Shown: positions 8,063-16,796 of the stretch, piece after piece
Layout: every line of letters starts with the position of its first letter
Numbering within the stretch: the first letter of the stretch is position 1
Source of the DNA: Eubacteriales bacterium
GTDB taxonomy: Bacteria > Bacillota > Clostridia > Oscillospirales > CAG-272
NCBI GenBank assembly: GCA_034086705.1
Contig: JAXDZV010000022.1
Coordinates: forward strand, 912 to 64,911
DNA length: 64,000 nucleotides
Direction: 5' to 3'
Program-made: the position numbers and the translations under genes
The notes under the pieces: generated by a model
The model's database searches: none
Seen by the model: the letters and a program-made list of their open reading frames with translations, nothing else
Told to the model about the DNA's origin: nothing

Positions 8063-9298
8063 TCAATCTAAAATCGGCAGGGCTTTCCAATGTAGTCCGC
8101 TTGTTTTCATTTTTTCACAAAGCGCTTTATAGCTGATGCGTGCTGTTTTAAAGCAAACACCGCTTGGAGTAGAATCTGATGAGTCTTCGGTGTCTCCATA
8201 TGTGCAACAGTACATACCGTCCATTATATCAGCGTTTTTCAAAGTATCCAGCGTAACATGATCGCAGCGAACACAATAAGAAAATGGTTCTTCTGTTGGG
8301 TCTAAAAGTTCGCCGGCGCTCGCTTTTATAAACGGCTGTGCAAATTCCGTTGGATGAATCAATGCATCTATCACATCGGCCACCACGGCGCTCGCAGTCG
8401 GAAGGTTTCCGGCACCGCGACCATAAAACATAACATCTCCCACCGCATCGCCTCGCACACTGATTGCATTATATACATCTTGCACGCTGTACAGCGGGTT
8501 TTCGGCCGGCACAACAAACGGTGCAACCATCAAGAGTGTTTTATCATTTTGTTTTTCATATTTTCCTATCAGACGAATCGTTCCGCCCATACATTCTGCT
8601 GCATCCACATCTGCTTTTGTGATATCCTCAATTCCTTTTGTAAGAACAAGATTAGGGCTAAAGAGCTTTCCTTCAGCCAATGCAGCAAGAATTACAATTT
8701 TTCGGCATGTATCAATTCCTTTTACGTCTGCAGAAGGATCCCGCTCTGCATACCCATTCTCCTGTGCCAGGCGGAGTGCTGCATCAAAGGACAACCCTTC
8801 TGTAAACATCTTAGTCAAAATAAAATTTGTTGTTCCGTTGAGGATACCGCTGACAGCATTTAGATGATTGGCCGCAAGACACAACGTCATAGGGCGAATA
8901 ACAGGAATGCCGCCGCCTACGCTTGCTTCAAATAGATATCTCACACCATTTTCCAGAGCTTGCTGCATCAATTCATCACCGTAATTGGCTACAACCTCTT
9001 TGTTGGATGTAACAACATGCTTGCCGGACTGTAGGCAAGCAAGAGAATATTCATATGCCGGATGCGAACCACCCATTAGCTCCGCCACAAGCGTTACCTG
9101 CGGGTCGTTCAAAATTATGTTGATGTCTGTCACCACACGATCTGCCATCGGGTGGGCAGACAAATCTTTAATATCAAGAATATACTTAATATGTACTTTC
9201 TCTCCAACTTTAGCGGCAACTGCTTCCGCATTTTTTGTCAAAACGTCGACAACGCCGCCGCCGACGATACCAAGCCCCATAATTGCAATTTCAACCAT
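8063..9298 (-). CDS. hom: homoserine dehydrogenase
   Basis: N-terminal Rossmann motif IAIMGLGIVGGGV, homoserine dehydrogenase core, and a C-terminal ACT-like region. Confidence 0.9.
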   Translation of the reverse strand: MVEIAIMGLGIVGGGVVDVLTKNAEAVAAKVGEKVHIKYILDIKDLSAHPMADRVVTDINIILNDPQVTLVAELMGGSHPAYEYSLACLQSGKHVVTSNKEVVANYGDELMQQALENGVRYLFEASVGGGIPVIRPMTLCLAANHLNAVSGILNGTTNFILTKMFTEGLSFDAALRLAQENGYAERDPSADVKGIDTCRKIVILAALAEGKLFSPNLVLTKGIEDITKADVDAAECMGGTIRLIGKYEKQNDKTLLMVAPFVVPAENPLYSVQDVYNAISVRGDAVGDVMFYGRGAGNLPTASAVVADVIDALIHPTEFAQPFIKASAGELLDPTEEPFSYCVRCDHVTLDTLKNADIMDGMYCCTYGDTEDSSDSTPSGVCFKTARISYKALCEKMKTSGLHWKALPILD

Positions 9299-9324
9299 TT
9301 TTTTGATGAACCTTCCTTCTGTTT

Positions 9325-9930
9325 TTACAAATCACGTCGTCCCTCAAGCGCACGAAATAGCGTGACCTCGTCGGCATAATCAATATCTGCACCCGCTGGA
9401 ATACCATATGCAAGACGCGTCGTTTTAATATGAAACGGGTGAATCAGTTTTGAAAGATACATTGCCGTTGTTTCTCCGGAAATATCCGGGTTTGTAGCAA
9501 GAATGATTTCTTGCACAGTATCGTCGGTCAGGCGTTGCAACAGCTCTTTGATGGTTAAATCTTCAGGGCCGATGCCATCTGCGGGAGAGATCGTGCCATG
9601 CAGTACATGATACAAGCCGTTATATTCTTTGACGCGCTCCAACGCCATGACAGCCTTTGCATCCTCTACAACGCATATTATGTGCTGGTCGCGACTGGGA
9701 TCCTGGCAAATCGGACACAATTCTGCATCGCTGAGATTTTGGCAAACACGGCAGCGCCGAATATTGCTTTTGGCAGCAAGCACAGCATCCGAAAACGCCT
9801 TTGCGTCAGCATCCGAAAAATCAAGCACGGAAAATGCTAAACGCACCGCTGTTTTGTGACCGATTCCAGGCAGCCGTTCAAATTGCTCAATGAGCGCCTG
9901 TAAAGGTTGAATATATCCGTTTCGAACCAT
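9325..9930 (-). CDS. recR: recombination protein RecR
   Basis: LIEQFERLPGIGHKTAVRLAF (HhH), a C4 zinc finger CxxC...CxIC, and a Toprim domain. Sits in the canonical dnaX-ybaB-recR order. Confidence 0.95.
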   Translation of the reverse strand: MVRNGYIQPLQALIEQFERLPGIGHKTAVRLAFSVLDFSDADAKAFSDAVLAAKSNIRRCRVCQNLSDAELCPICQDPSRDQHIICVVEDAKAVMALERVKEYNGLYHVLHGTISPADGIGPEDLTIKELLQRLTDDTVQEIILATNPDISGETTAMYLSKLIHPFHIKTTRLAYGIPAGADIDYADEVTLFRALEGRRDL

Positions 9931-9941
9931 ACTCTTTTCAG

Positions 9942-10289
9942 TTAAAACAAACCGGGAATGTTTAAACTGCCCGCGATACGACCCATTTCATCAGCGCTTT
10001 CTGCCTCTACCGTTTTAATTGCTTCATTAAAAGCTGCAATCAAAATATCTTGCAGCGTTTCAATATCTTCCGGATCTACAATTGCTTCGGAAATCTGTAG
10101 GGAAAGGAGTTCCTTTTTGCCGTTAATCTTGATTTGAACAGCCCCGCCTCCGGCCGAAATGTCATATTCTTTTGCTTGCAACTCCTGCTGTTTGCTTTCC
10201 ATATCAGCCTGCATCTTTTGAGCCTGGCGCATCATTGCGTTTAAATTTTGTGGGCCGCCGCCCATTCCCTGCGGTAATCTTGCTTTCAT
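9942..10289 (-). CDS. ybaB: YbaB/EbfC family nucleoid-associated protein
   Basis: 115 aa with MMRQAQKMQADMESKQQELQ, in the conserved position between dnaX and recR. Confidence 0.9.
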   Translation of the reverse strand: MKARLPQGMGGGPQNLNAMMRQAQKMQADMESKQQELQAKEYDISAGGGAVQIKINGKKELLSLQISEAIVDPEDIETLQDILIAAFNEAIKTVEAESADEMGRIAGSLNIPGLF

Positions 10290-10334
10290 GATATGTTCCT
10301 TTCTGTATGAAAGAATCGGGAAAATCCCGTGTAA

Positions 10335-11924
10335 TTAAACCAGTTCGTCCAGCACGTCGGCTATTTCAGGGGGGGAATCGGTAGAATAAACAATCGATTC
10401 CTGCAAAAGATTCTCAAACCCTTCCTGTGAACGAATTGCTTGATAAAGCAATCCGTTTGCTTCCGGTGCAGAGATCATAGAAAATGTTATGGCATCCGGT
10501 GCATAAATGCGAACGGAAGTATGTGCTGTATTGATAAAAGCTTGGCAACGCCGCAACATAGCGGCCAAGCCGGCAGCATTGTTACAATGCGAAATCACTT
10601 CTGGCCAATCCAAAAATTTCTCCATAGTACTATCCGGTTGTAACACGGCTTGCGAGACAGTGTTGGATGCAGCTTTAGAACTTGCTTGTGAAGTAGGTTC
10701 GCCATGCAACTTACCGGGAAGAGTTGGCAAGATACCCGGATCAACCGGACGCACACAAGCCGCAGTGCTGGCCTGCACACGCGCCTCCAATGCCGCAATT
10801 CGCGCAAGCATGGAGTCTGTATCGGTGCGCAACTTCAAATCCGTTAGTTGAATCAGGCCAGTTTCCACAGCAATTCGTTTTGAGGTACGGTTTGCTTGTA
10901 AGGTAGCAAGTGTGGCATCCAAAATAGAGAAGTGCGCAAGAAATTGTTCTTTGGAAAAACGGCAGGCAAGCGCCGTTAGAGCAGGGATGCGCTCCGGCGG
11001 TATATCTAAATGCTCTTGCGGACGCATAGTGGTTCGCAGCACGAAAAGATCCCGGTAAAAGCACATAAAATTTGTCCAAAAGGCTTCTGCATCCAACGCT
11101 CCACGAAAAACGCGATCCACTGTAGAGAAAATTGCTTCATAATCAGTCGCAAGAATCGCCTCTAAAAGCTGTTGCATGGTATCAGTGTCGCTAACGCCAA
11201 TCAACTCGGCCGCCCGCCCCTCAGTTATGGTAGCACTCCCCAAACTTCCGGCACCGCATACTTCCAACATGCCAATTGCATCGCGCATACCACCATTTGC
11301 CGCACGGGCAATTAAATACAGCGCATCATGCGTAATCGAAATATGCTCTGCATGTGCAATTTCCAAAAGCCGCGCCACGATCATCTCTGTATCAATTCGG
11401 CGAAAATCAAACCGTTGGCAACGGGAAAGAATGGTTGCAGGAATTTTCTGCAATTCCGTTGTCGCGAGGATAAAAACAACGTGTTCGGGAGGTTCTTCCA
11501 ATGTCTTCAATAGTGCATTAAATGCACTTTGGGACAGCATATGCACTTCATCAATGATATAAACACGCTTTGTTGCTTCTGCGGGCACGAAATCAACACT
11601 TTCCCGAATTTCACGAATATCGTCGATTCCGTTGTTGCTAGCCGCATCCATCTCAATAACATCTATGATGCTGCCGTTTTCAATTCCGCGGCAAACATCA
11701 CAAACGCCACACGGATCGCCGTCTTGCGGATTCTGGCAATTCAGCGCCTTTGCCAAGATCTTGGCACATGTGGTTTTACCTGTACCGCGAGAACCGCAGA
11801 ATAAGTACGCATGTGACGTCTGCTTGTGTGCGACTTCATACCGCAGAACAGTCGTTACGTGATCTTGCCCGACTACATCTTCAAAGCGCTTCGGGCGCCA
11901 TTTTCTATAAAGAGTTTGATACAT
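10335..11924 (-). CDS. dnaX: DNA polymerase III subunit gamma/tau
   Basis: MYQTLYRKWRPKRFEDVVGQ..., Walker A GSRGTGKTT, and a zinc module CxxC..CGVCDVC. The ATG at 11924 has AGGAG upstream. The ORF-track extension to 12080 runs through the SRP RNA. Confidence 0.92.
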   Translation of the reverse strand: MYQTLYRKWRPKRFEDVVGQDHVTTVLRYEVAHKQTSHAYLFCGSRGTGKTTCAKILAKALNCQNPQDGDPCGVCDVCRGIENGSIIDVIEMDAASNNGIDDIREIRESVDFVPAEATKRVYIIDEVHMLSQSAFNALLKTLEEPPEHVVFILATTELQKIPATILSRCQRFDFRRIDTEMIVARLLEIAHAEHISITHDALYLIARAANGGMRDAIGMLEVCGAGSLGSATITEGRAAELIGVSDTDTMQQLLEAILATDYEAIFSTVDRVFRGALDAEAFWTNFMCFYRDLFVLRTTMRPQEHLDIPPERIPALTALACRFSKEQFLAHFSILDATLATLQANRTSKRIAVETGLIQLTDLKLRTDTDSMLARIAALEARVQASTAACVRPVDPGILPTLPGKLHGEPTSQASSKAASNTVSQAVLQPDSTMEKFLDWPEVISHCNNAAGLAAMLRRCQAFINTAHTSVRIYAPDAITFSMISAPEANGLLYQAIRSQEGFENLLQESIVYSTDSPPEIADVLDELV

Positions 11925-11941
11925 CTCGCGCACTCCTATAA

Positions 11942-12249
11942 AAACTGCAAGATACAAAATAAGGCCATACACCTCGAAATCGAAAAGGACGTGTGCGGAA
12001 AACCACCGCCTCGCTTTGCGCGAAATTCTCACATCACACCGAAACATTTGCTTAATGCTGCTTGGTTCCCCACCTGACATGGTTCACAACGTTCGATTGC
12101 ATGAGTTCCGCACATTGCATCAGAGAACAGACGGCCGCAGGCCACACGCACCGCTTCCTCAAACGAGGGATCAACCCCTGCTGTAGCGGATTGCAGGTAC
12201 AGGACACCGCTGCCTTCCCGGCTGGTATGACCTTATTTCATATCTTGCC
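11942..12249 (-). ncRNA. ffs: signal recognition particle RNA, long (Alu-domain-containing, Bacillus/Clostridium type)
   Basis: The helix-8 apex GTCAGG-TGG-GGAA-CCA-AGCAGC (reverse complement of 12057..12078) matches the universal GUCAGGUCCGGAAGGAAGCAGC, with a compensated 3-bp stem and a GGAA tetraloop. The 5' end GCAAGATATGAAATAAGGTCATACC pairs with the 3' end GGTGTATGGCCTTATTTTGTATCTTGC. A GCAAU loop lies in the 5' domain. It has its own promoter and sits in the classical position upstream of dnaX. Ends are accurate to about 5 nt. Confidence 0.8.
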
Positions 12250-12254
12250 CCAAC

Positions 12255-12283
12255 AGTATAGCAGATTATTGGGCAATTTGCAA
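12255..12283 (-). promoter_or_regulatory. sigma-A promoter of the SRP RNA gene
   Basis: On the minus strand: TTGCAA (12283..12278), a 17-nt spacer, then TATACT (12260..12255). Confidence 0.6.
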
Positions 12284-12393
12284 GAGAAAAAAGGAGAATT
12301 TTAAAAAAGCGGAGACAAAACAGGAAAAAACTCTTTTCATTGTTCCCTGGTTGTGTTATAATTTCAATGTAGTATACAAAGGAGAGATGTATA

Positions 12394-12867
12394 TTGAAGT
12401 TACCTTATATTGTGACCTCTGTTAATACCGCACAAACCGAACGAATTGGTGCAGAATTTGCTAAATGGATTCTTGCACACAAACGTGACGGAGAAGGGTG
12501 CTTTGTCGCTCTCTATGGTGATCTTGGTGCGGGAAAAACTGCATTCATACGCGGCGCAGTTTCCGTTGCCGCACCTCAGGCACATACGCAAAGCCCAACA
12601 TATACTGTTGTGAATGAATATGCAAGTGGAAGAGTTCCCGTATACCATATGGATGTATATCGTTTGCAAACGGAAGACGATTTGTACTCCGTCGGTTTTT
12701 TTGATTATCTGGAACAAGATGCCATTTGTTTTTGTGAGTGGTGCGAAAAGATTCGTCCATATCTTCCTGCTAATCATTTTTCGGTTACAATTCAAAAAGC
12801 ACTGTCTGCGAAAGAAAGAAATATAGAGATCCGGGAGGTTTTACACTATGCGGATTTTGGCGATTGA
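12394..12867 (+). CDS. tsaE: tRNA t6A37 biosynthesis ATPase TsaE
   Basis: LYGDLGAGKTAFIRG P-loop and a size of 157 aa. Overlaps and is followed by tsaB. TTG start after AAAGGAGAG. Confidence 0.85.
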   Translation: MKLPYIVTSVNTAQTERIGAEFAKWILAHKRDGEGCFVALYGDLGAGKTAFIRGAVSVAAPQAHTQSPTYTVVNEYASGRVPVYHMDVYRLQTEDDLYSVGFFDYLEQDAICFCEWCEKIRPYLPANHFSVTIQKALSAKERNIEIREVLHYADFGD

Positions 12868-13567
12868 TACAACTGCAAAAACAGCGTCCGCTGCCATTTT
12901 AGAGGATAATGCGCTGAAAATACAATACACTGTCAACGCAACCGCTACCCACAGTGAAAACATGCTCCCGATGATTGAACATATGCTGCAGCGCACAGGT
13001 CTGCATATGTGCGATATTGATCTCTATGCGGTCAGTAACGGACCGGGATCTTTCACGGGAGTACGGATTGGCGTCTCTCTGATCAAGGGATTGGCGCACG
13101 GAAGCGGAAAGCCATGTATCGGCATAAATACTTTGCGTGCGCTGGCAGAAAATTTATTCGATGTAGTCCGATGTGGTGAAATCATTTGCGCGGTAATGGA
13201 TGCGCGCCGTGATCAAGTGTACTACGGGATATGGCGTAAAGACCCCAACGAAACACTTGTACAAATTGCTCCTAGCGGTGCAATGGATACAACTTCACTG
13301 CTGCAAAAGCTGGATGCATTCTGCGCCCCTGTGTTTTTAGTGGGGGATGGTACCTATTTGTTTGATGGGGCATCGTTGGAGCACGGTTTGCACAGAGCAC
13401 CACAGTCACTGATATGGCAAAGCGGATACAGTGTAGGGAAGTGTGCCTTACGAGAATATCTTGCCAACCCGGACGGTAATTTTTCTGACGCTGCCTTAGT
13501 TCCGGTCTATTATCGACCATCGCAGGCGCAGCGCATGCTAGAAAGCAAAGCTGCAACCGGCTGTTAA
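12848..13567 (+). CDS. tsaB: tRNA t6A37 biosynthesis protein TsaB
   Basis: MRILAIDTTAKTASAAIL... and GPGSFTGVRIG, matching the YeaZ family. Confidence 0.85.
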   Translation: MRILAIDTTAKTASAAILEDNALKIQYTVNATATHSENMLPMIEHMLQRTGLHMCDIDLYAVSNGPGSFTGVRIGVSLIKGLAHGSGKPCIGINTLRALAENLFDVVRCGEIICAVMDARRDQVYYGIWRKDPNETLVQIAPSGAMDTTSLLQKLDAFCAPVFLVGDGTYLFDGASLEHGLHRAPQSLIWQSGYSVGKCALREYLANPDGNFSDAALVPVYYRPSQAQRMLESKAATGC

Positions 13568-13607
13568 ACCAAGACAAGAGAAAAAAGAGAAGGAGCTGTA
13601 AAACAGT

Positions 13608-14045
13608 ATGAACATTGCAATTGCATGTGACCACGGTGGATTCCAATTGAAGAAAAGCATTATCCATTTCTGCAAAGAGCAGGGAATAGAATATGTAGAT
13701 TTCGGCTGTGACAGCGAGACAAGCGTAGATTATCCGATCTATGCAAAAAAAGTGGCAGACGCCGTCACTACAGGAGTCTGCCAAATGGGCATTTTGCTTT
13801 GCGGAACCGGCATCGGCATGAGCATAGCTGCGAACAAATGTTCCGGCATTCGCGCAGCACTCTGCCACGATACATTCAGTGCGCGGATGACGCGCATGCA
13901 CAATGATGCCAATATTCTGTGCATGGGGGGACGAGTGATCGGTGTCGGGCCGGCACTTGAGATTGTTTCTGCATTTTTGCACACAGATTTCATGGGAGAA
14001 CGGCACGCACGACGCGTACAGATGATAGCTGAGTTGGAACGCTAA
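13608..14045 (+). CDS. rpiB: ribose-5-phosphate isomerase B
   Basis: MNIAIACDHGGFQLK...LCGTGIGMSIAANK...ERHARRV, matching the RpiB/LacAB family. Confidence 0.9.
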   Translation: MNIAIACDHGGFQLKKSIIHFCKEQGIEYVDFGCDSETSVDYPIYAKKVADAVTTGVCQMGILLCGTGIGMSIAANKCSGIRAALCHDTFSARMTRMHNDANILCMGGRVIGVGPALEIVSAFLHTDFMGERHARRVQMIAELER

Positions 14046-14080
14046 GATCCATCACTGAACATAGAAAAAAACTGCCTTGG

Positions 14081-14293
14081 TTATTGTGGCAATTGAGATT
14101 GCGTGACGGTGGATTCTGTGTTCGCAGAATTCGCGGAGAAAACCGCGGAAGCAGTCGCTCTTTGCCACCGTAAAACAAGCAGATATGCACCAATCAGTAT
14201 GCAAAGACATAAAACAATCAGAATCAAAAAACCCGTTAGTGTCAAGGTTGATTTTTGTTGACGCGAAGTTTTGGATCTATTTGAAGATGACAT
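14081..14293 (-). CDS. hypothetical small single-pass membrane protein (weak call)
   Basis: 70 aa with one strong TM segment (LTLTGFLILIVLCLCILIGAYLLVL). The AGGAGG is about 15 nt from the ATG, which is a poor spacing. Confidence 0.3.
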   Translation of the reverse strand: MSSSNRSKTSRQQKSTLTLTGFLILIVLCLCILIGAYLLVLRWQRATASAVFSANSANTESTVTQSQLPQ

Positions 14294-14480
14294 ATGCTGT
14301 ACGCCACACCTCCTGCTGTCTGAAATGATAGATCATTATGCATAAATTATACCACAGGGTGGGCCATACAACAAGCCTTTGCGCATTTTATTTTTCAGTC
14401 ATTTTTAATCATTTCCAATAAATCATTACATTTTAAACTTACATTCTAAACCACATACGAAACCACATACGAAACGCATA

Positions 14481-14750
14481 ATGGAAGGGCGACGGAAAAA
14501 GAGGATGAAGAACTCAAAACTTTCAGAGCTTTACGAGGAAAAAGATATCGTGTGTCTGTGCTGTAATTGCAAACAGGCAAAACCACTGCATTATGCATAC
14601 GGCGAGTACCTGTGCATGCTGCACGGTGTTGTCGGTGCAGAATTCAGCTGTAAGCATTTTTCCTACGATTTGACAAAACGCATACCTGCATCGCGTGTTG
14701 CCAAGCCGGAAGATTCACAAAACAATTTTCAAGGCACACAGAGCGTTTAA
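14481..14750 (+). CDS. hypothetical small Cys-rich protein (weak call)
   Basis: 89 aa with CLCCNC...C...C. No convincing SD at either candidate ATG. Confidence 0.3.
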   Translation: MEGRRKKRMKNSKLSELYEEKDIVCLCCNCKQAKPLHYAYGEYLCMLHGVVGAEFSCKHFSYDLTKRIPASRVAKPEDSQNNFQGTQSV

Positions 14751-14979
14751 GATTTTCAAGTTAAAAACTTAAAAAAAGAGGGGATACCCCTTAAAGTGAG
14801 ATGCAAGGCTTTGTAATTGATTTTCTGATTGTTTGATTTTTTATTATATAATTATATAAAATACAAATTTTATATAATAAAGGGAAGCGAAAACTGCGAA
14901 AACTCCATACCGTCTCTTGTTTTTTCTTGCACCGTACTGCTTTGCAAACCTGGTTTTACGGATTAGCTATAAGCTGTAC

Positions 14980-15026
14980 AAAGCGCACGCAGCGCGACCG
15001 ATGAGTTCTTGCGCCGCGCTGCGTCG
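14980..15026 (-). terminator. probable terminator downstream of sigE
   Basis: GC-rich 10-12 bp stem ACGCAGCGCG / CGCGCTGCGT. The U-tract on the minus strand is weak. Confidence 0.5.
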
Positions 15027-15043
15027 TATTATTTTATTCGCTC

Positions 15044-15766
15044 TTAAAAGTTGCAGCTTAATTCTTTCTTTAAGTCCTGAATGATTTTCTTTTCCAAACG
15101 TGATATGTATGATTGAGAAATACCTAATAAATCAGCAACTTCTTTCTGGGTTTTTTCCTCTCCGGTCCCAATACCGAAGCGCAACTCTATAATCTTTTTT
15201 TCTCGCGGCGCAAGGTGTTCAATCGCTCGATGAATCAACTTTTTGTCTTCATCTATTTCTAAACTTTGATACACCGTATCTGTATCCTGACACAGCACAT
15301 CGGATAACAAAAGTTCATTACCTTCCCAATCAATGTTTAACGGTTCGTCAATAGAGAGTTCTTGGCATTTGCTGCTGCATTTCCGTAAATGCATCAATAT
15401 TTCATTCTCAATGCAGCGCGATGCGTAGGTGGCAAGCTTTATATTTTTATCAACGCGAAATGTGTTAATTGCCTTGATTAAACCAATCGTTCCAATGGAA
15501 ATCAGGTCTTCGATGCCGCTTCCTGCGCAATCGAATTTCTTTGCGATAAACACAACAAGCCGCAGGTTTTTTTCAATTAGAATTTTTTTTGCTTCCGGAT
15601 CCGTATCGATTCTTTTCAGATATGCTGCTTCTTCCGTCGAACTCAAAGGCATTGGAAGCGTCTCGCTACCGTTTATATAGAAAATCACATTATTTTTATC
15701 AGAATTGCTGCCCATGCGCTGTAAAAATGCCTTGATTTTGCATATAATGCGTTTTACCGGATTCAT
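15044..15766 (-). CDS. sigE: sporulation sigma factor SigE (pro-sigma-E)
   Basis: Pro-sequence followed by [21 protein letters not shown]. Sigma-70 regions 2-4 are present (GLIKAINTF..., [13 protein letters not shown]). It lies directly downstream of spoIIGA. Confidence 0.9.
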   Translation of the reverse strand: MNPVKRIICKIKAFLQRMGSNSDKNNVIFYINGSETLPMPLSSTEEAAYLKRIDTDPEAKKILIEKNLRLVVFIAKKFDCAGSGIEDLISIGTIGLIKAINTFRVDKNIKLATYASRCIENEILMHLRKCSSKCQELSIDEPLNIDWEGNELLLSDVLCQDTDTVYQSLEIDEDKKLIHRAIEHLAPREKKIIELRFGIGTGEEKTQKEVADLLGISQSYISRLEKKIIQDLKKELSCNF

Positions 15767-15823
15767 ATTTCTTCCCTTTCTTACCAATCACGTTTTATAT
15801 TAAAATAATTTTAGAAATGTGCA

Positions 15824-16591
15824 TTAGCGCAATAGCGATGCCGGAATTATTCCGTTGCTGCCGCCTGGATACTTCATACTGCAAAAAGCAACAGCAGCAC
15901 GTTTTTCTACCTCCCTACGTTTATACTCCAGAGTAATACTGTCAGCCAAAAAACCAAACAACACTTCCCTACCTGCCACCCCCTGCGCAGGTATTATTCT
16001 TATTTTTGCGTCTACCTCTTTTTTTAGTTCTTTAAAATGTGCTGCTGAGCAGATTAAAACCGGTAAATGTGAAATTGGCTCCTGCAGCAAGTTTCCGCTG
16101 TCAACAAGGCAAAGCAATGATACCGTTTTCCCGGCAATATGTACCTTCACAGGAATTTGCTTTTGTGTACCGATATTTGCAAAAATACGGATGCCAAGCC
16201 AAATGATTCCCCCGGCAACCCCAATACAAACGCAGAACAACCCTTTTTGAGGAGAATGTTGTACTACGGTCTGCGGAAGAATCGCCGGAATCATTCTGTA
16301 TAATGCCGAGACCATCCCTGCTAAAGCAGACGAAAGAAGATGCAGAAAAAGCGTAAGGCGCAGGTGTATTTGCATGCAAGACGGAACAAAAGCAATTTGA
16401 CACATCACAAGACTGGTACCTAAACTGATTAGCAAGGTGAGCGTATAATTGCCCGGTAAAAGGATACTTGCAAGTGCAAAGCAGCTGCCCAGAGCAGCAG
16501 CCCATATTAACCTGAGCGCACGCATCGGCATGCACAAAAGCTGTCCGGTGAAGTACAGTGCTATGCAGTCCAAGCTGAAATTGATCAACAA
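15824..16591 (-). CDS. spoIIGA: sigma-E processing peptidase SpoIIGA
   Basis: Polytopic N-terminus, aspartic protease motif LVDSGNLL, and its position upstream of sigE. The start codon is uncertain (TTG 16591/16588 or CTG upstream). Confidence 0.85.
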   Translation of the reverse strand: MLINFSLDCIALYFTGQLLCMPMRALRLIWAAALGSCFALASILLPGNYTLTLLISLGTSLVMCQIAFVPSCMQIHLRLTLFLHLLSSALAGMVSALYRMIPAILPQTVVQHSPQKGLFCVCIGVAGGIIWLGIRIFANIGTQKQIPVKVHIAGKTVSLLCLVDSGNLLQEPISHLPVLICSAAHFKELKKEVDAKIRIIPAQGVAGREVLFGFLADSITLEYKRREVEKRAAVAFCSMKYPGGSNGIIPASLLR

Positions 16592-16641
16592 ATATACATC
16601 TGCATACAGTGTAATCTCCGTCTATCTCACCCCCGTCATAA

Positions 16642-16694
16642 AGTATAACGCTTACCGCAGATGAAAATTGTCAAAACAAATTTTCTCTTCGACA
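16642..16694 (-). promoter_or_regulatory. spoIIG-type promoter with a Spo0A box
   Basis: On the minus strand: TGTCGAA (0A-box consensus, 16694..16688), 13 nt, TTGACA (16674..16669), an overlong 21-nt spacer, then TATACT (16647..16642). Confidence 0.5.
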
Positions 16695-16703
16695 CAAAAA
16701 GAT

Positions 16704-16732
16704 TTGCATAAGCCGACCGGTTCTGCTATAAT
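16704..16732 (+). promoter_or_regulatory. sigma-A promoter for the TrmH-family methyltransferase gene
   Basis: TTGCAT (16704..16709), a 17-nt spacer, then TATAAT (16727..16732). Confidence 0.5.
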
Positions 16733-16796
16733 GAAGAAAATATGCGCCGGATCGCCGAAAAGTCATGCTGCAAATCCGGCAAGAAGCTGGAGAAAT

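Noticed and set aside
11925-12080. N-terminal extension of dnaX (ORF-track start at 12080, 581 aa).
   Set aside because: The extension has no similarity to DnaX and overlaps the SRP RNA. A proper SD plus ATG at 11924 gives the canonical MYQTLYRKWRP start.
12190-12225. First candidate for the SRP helix-8 apex (CCGGGAAGGCAGCGG ... CAGCAGGGG).
   Set aside because: The better match with a GGAA tetraloop and compensatory stem lies at 12057..12078. This earlier segment fits the 5' Alu-like domain, which includes the GCAAU loop.
16668-16796. Upstream start (16668) for the TrmH-family methyltransferase.
   Set aside because: It would begin upstream of the predicted TTGCAT-17-TATAAT promoter and inside the spoIIG regulatory region. 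The ATG at 16797 has GGAG at a proper distance.
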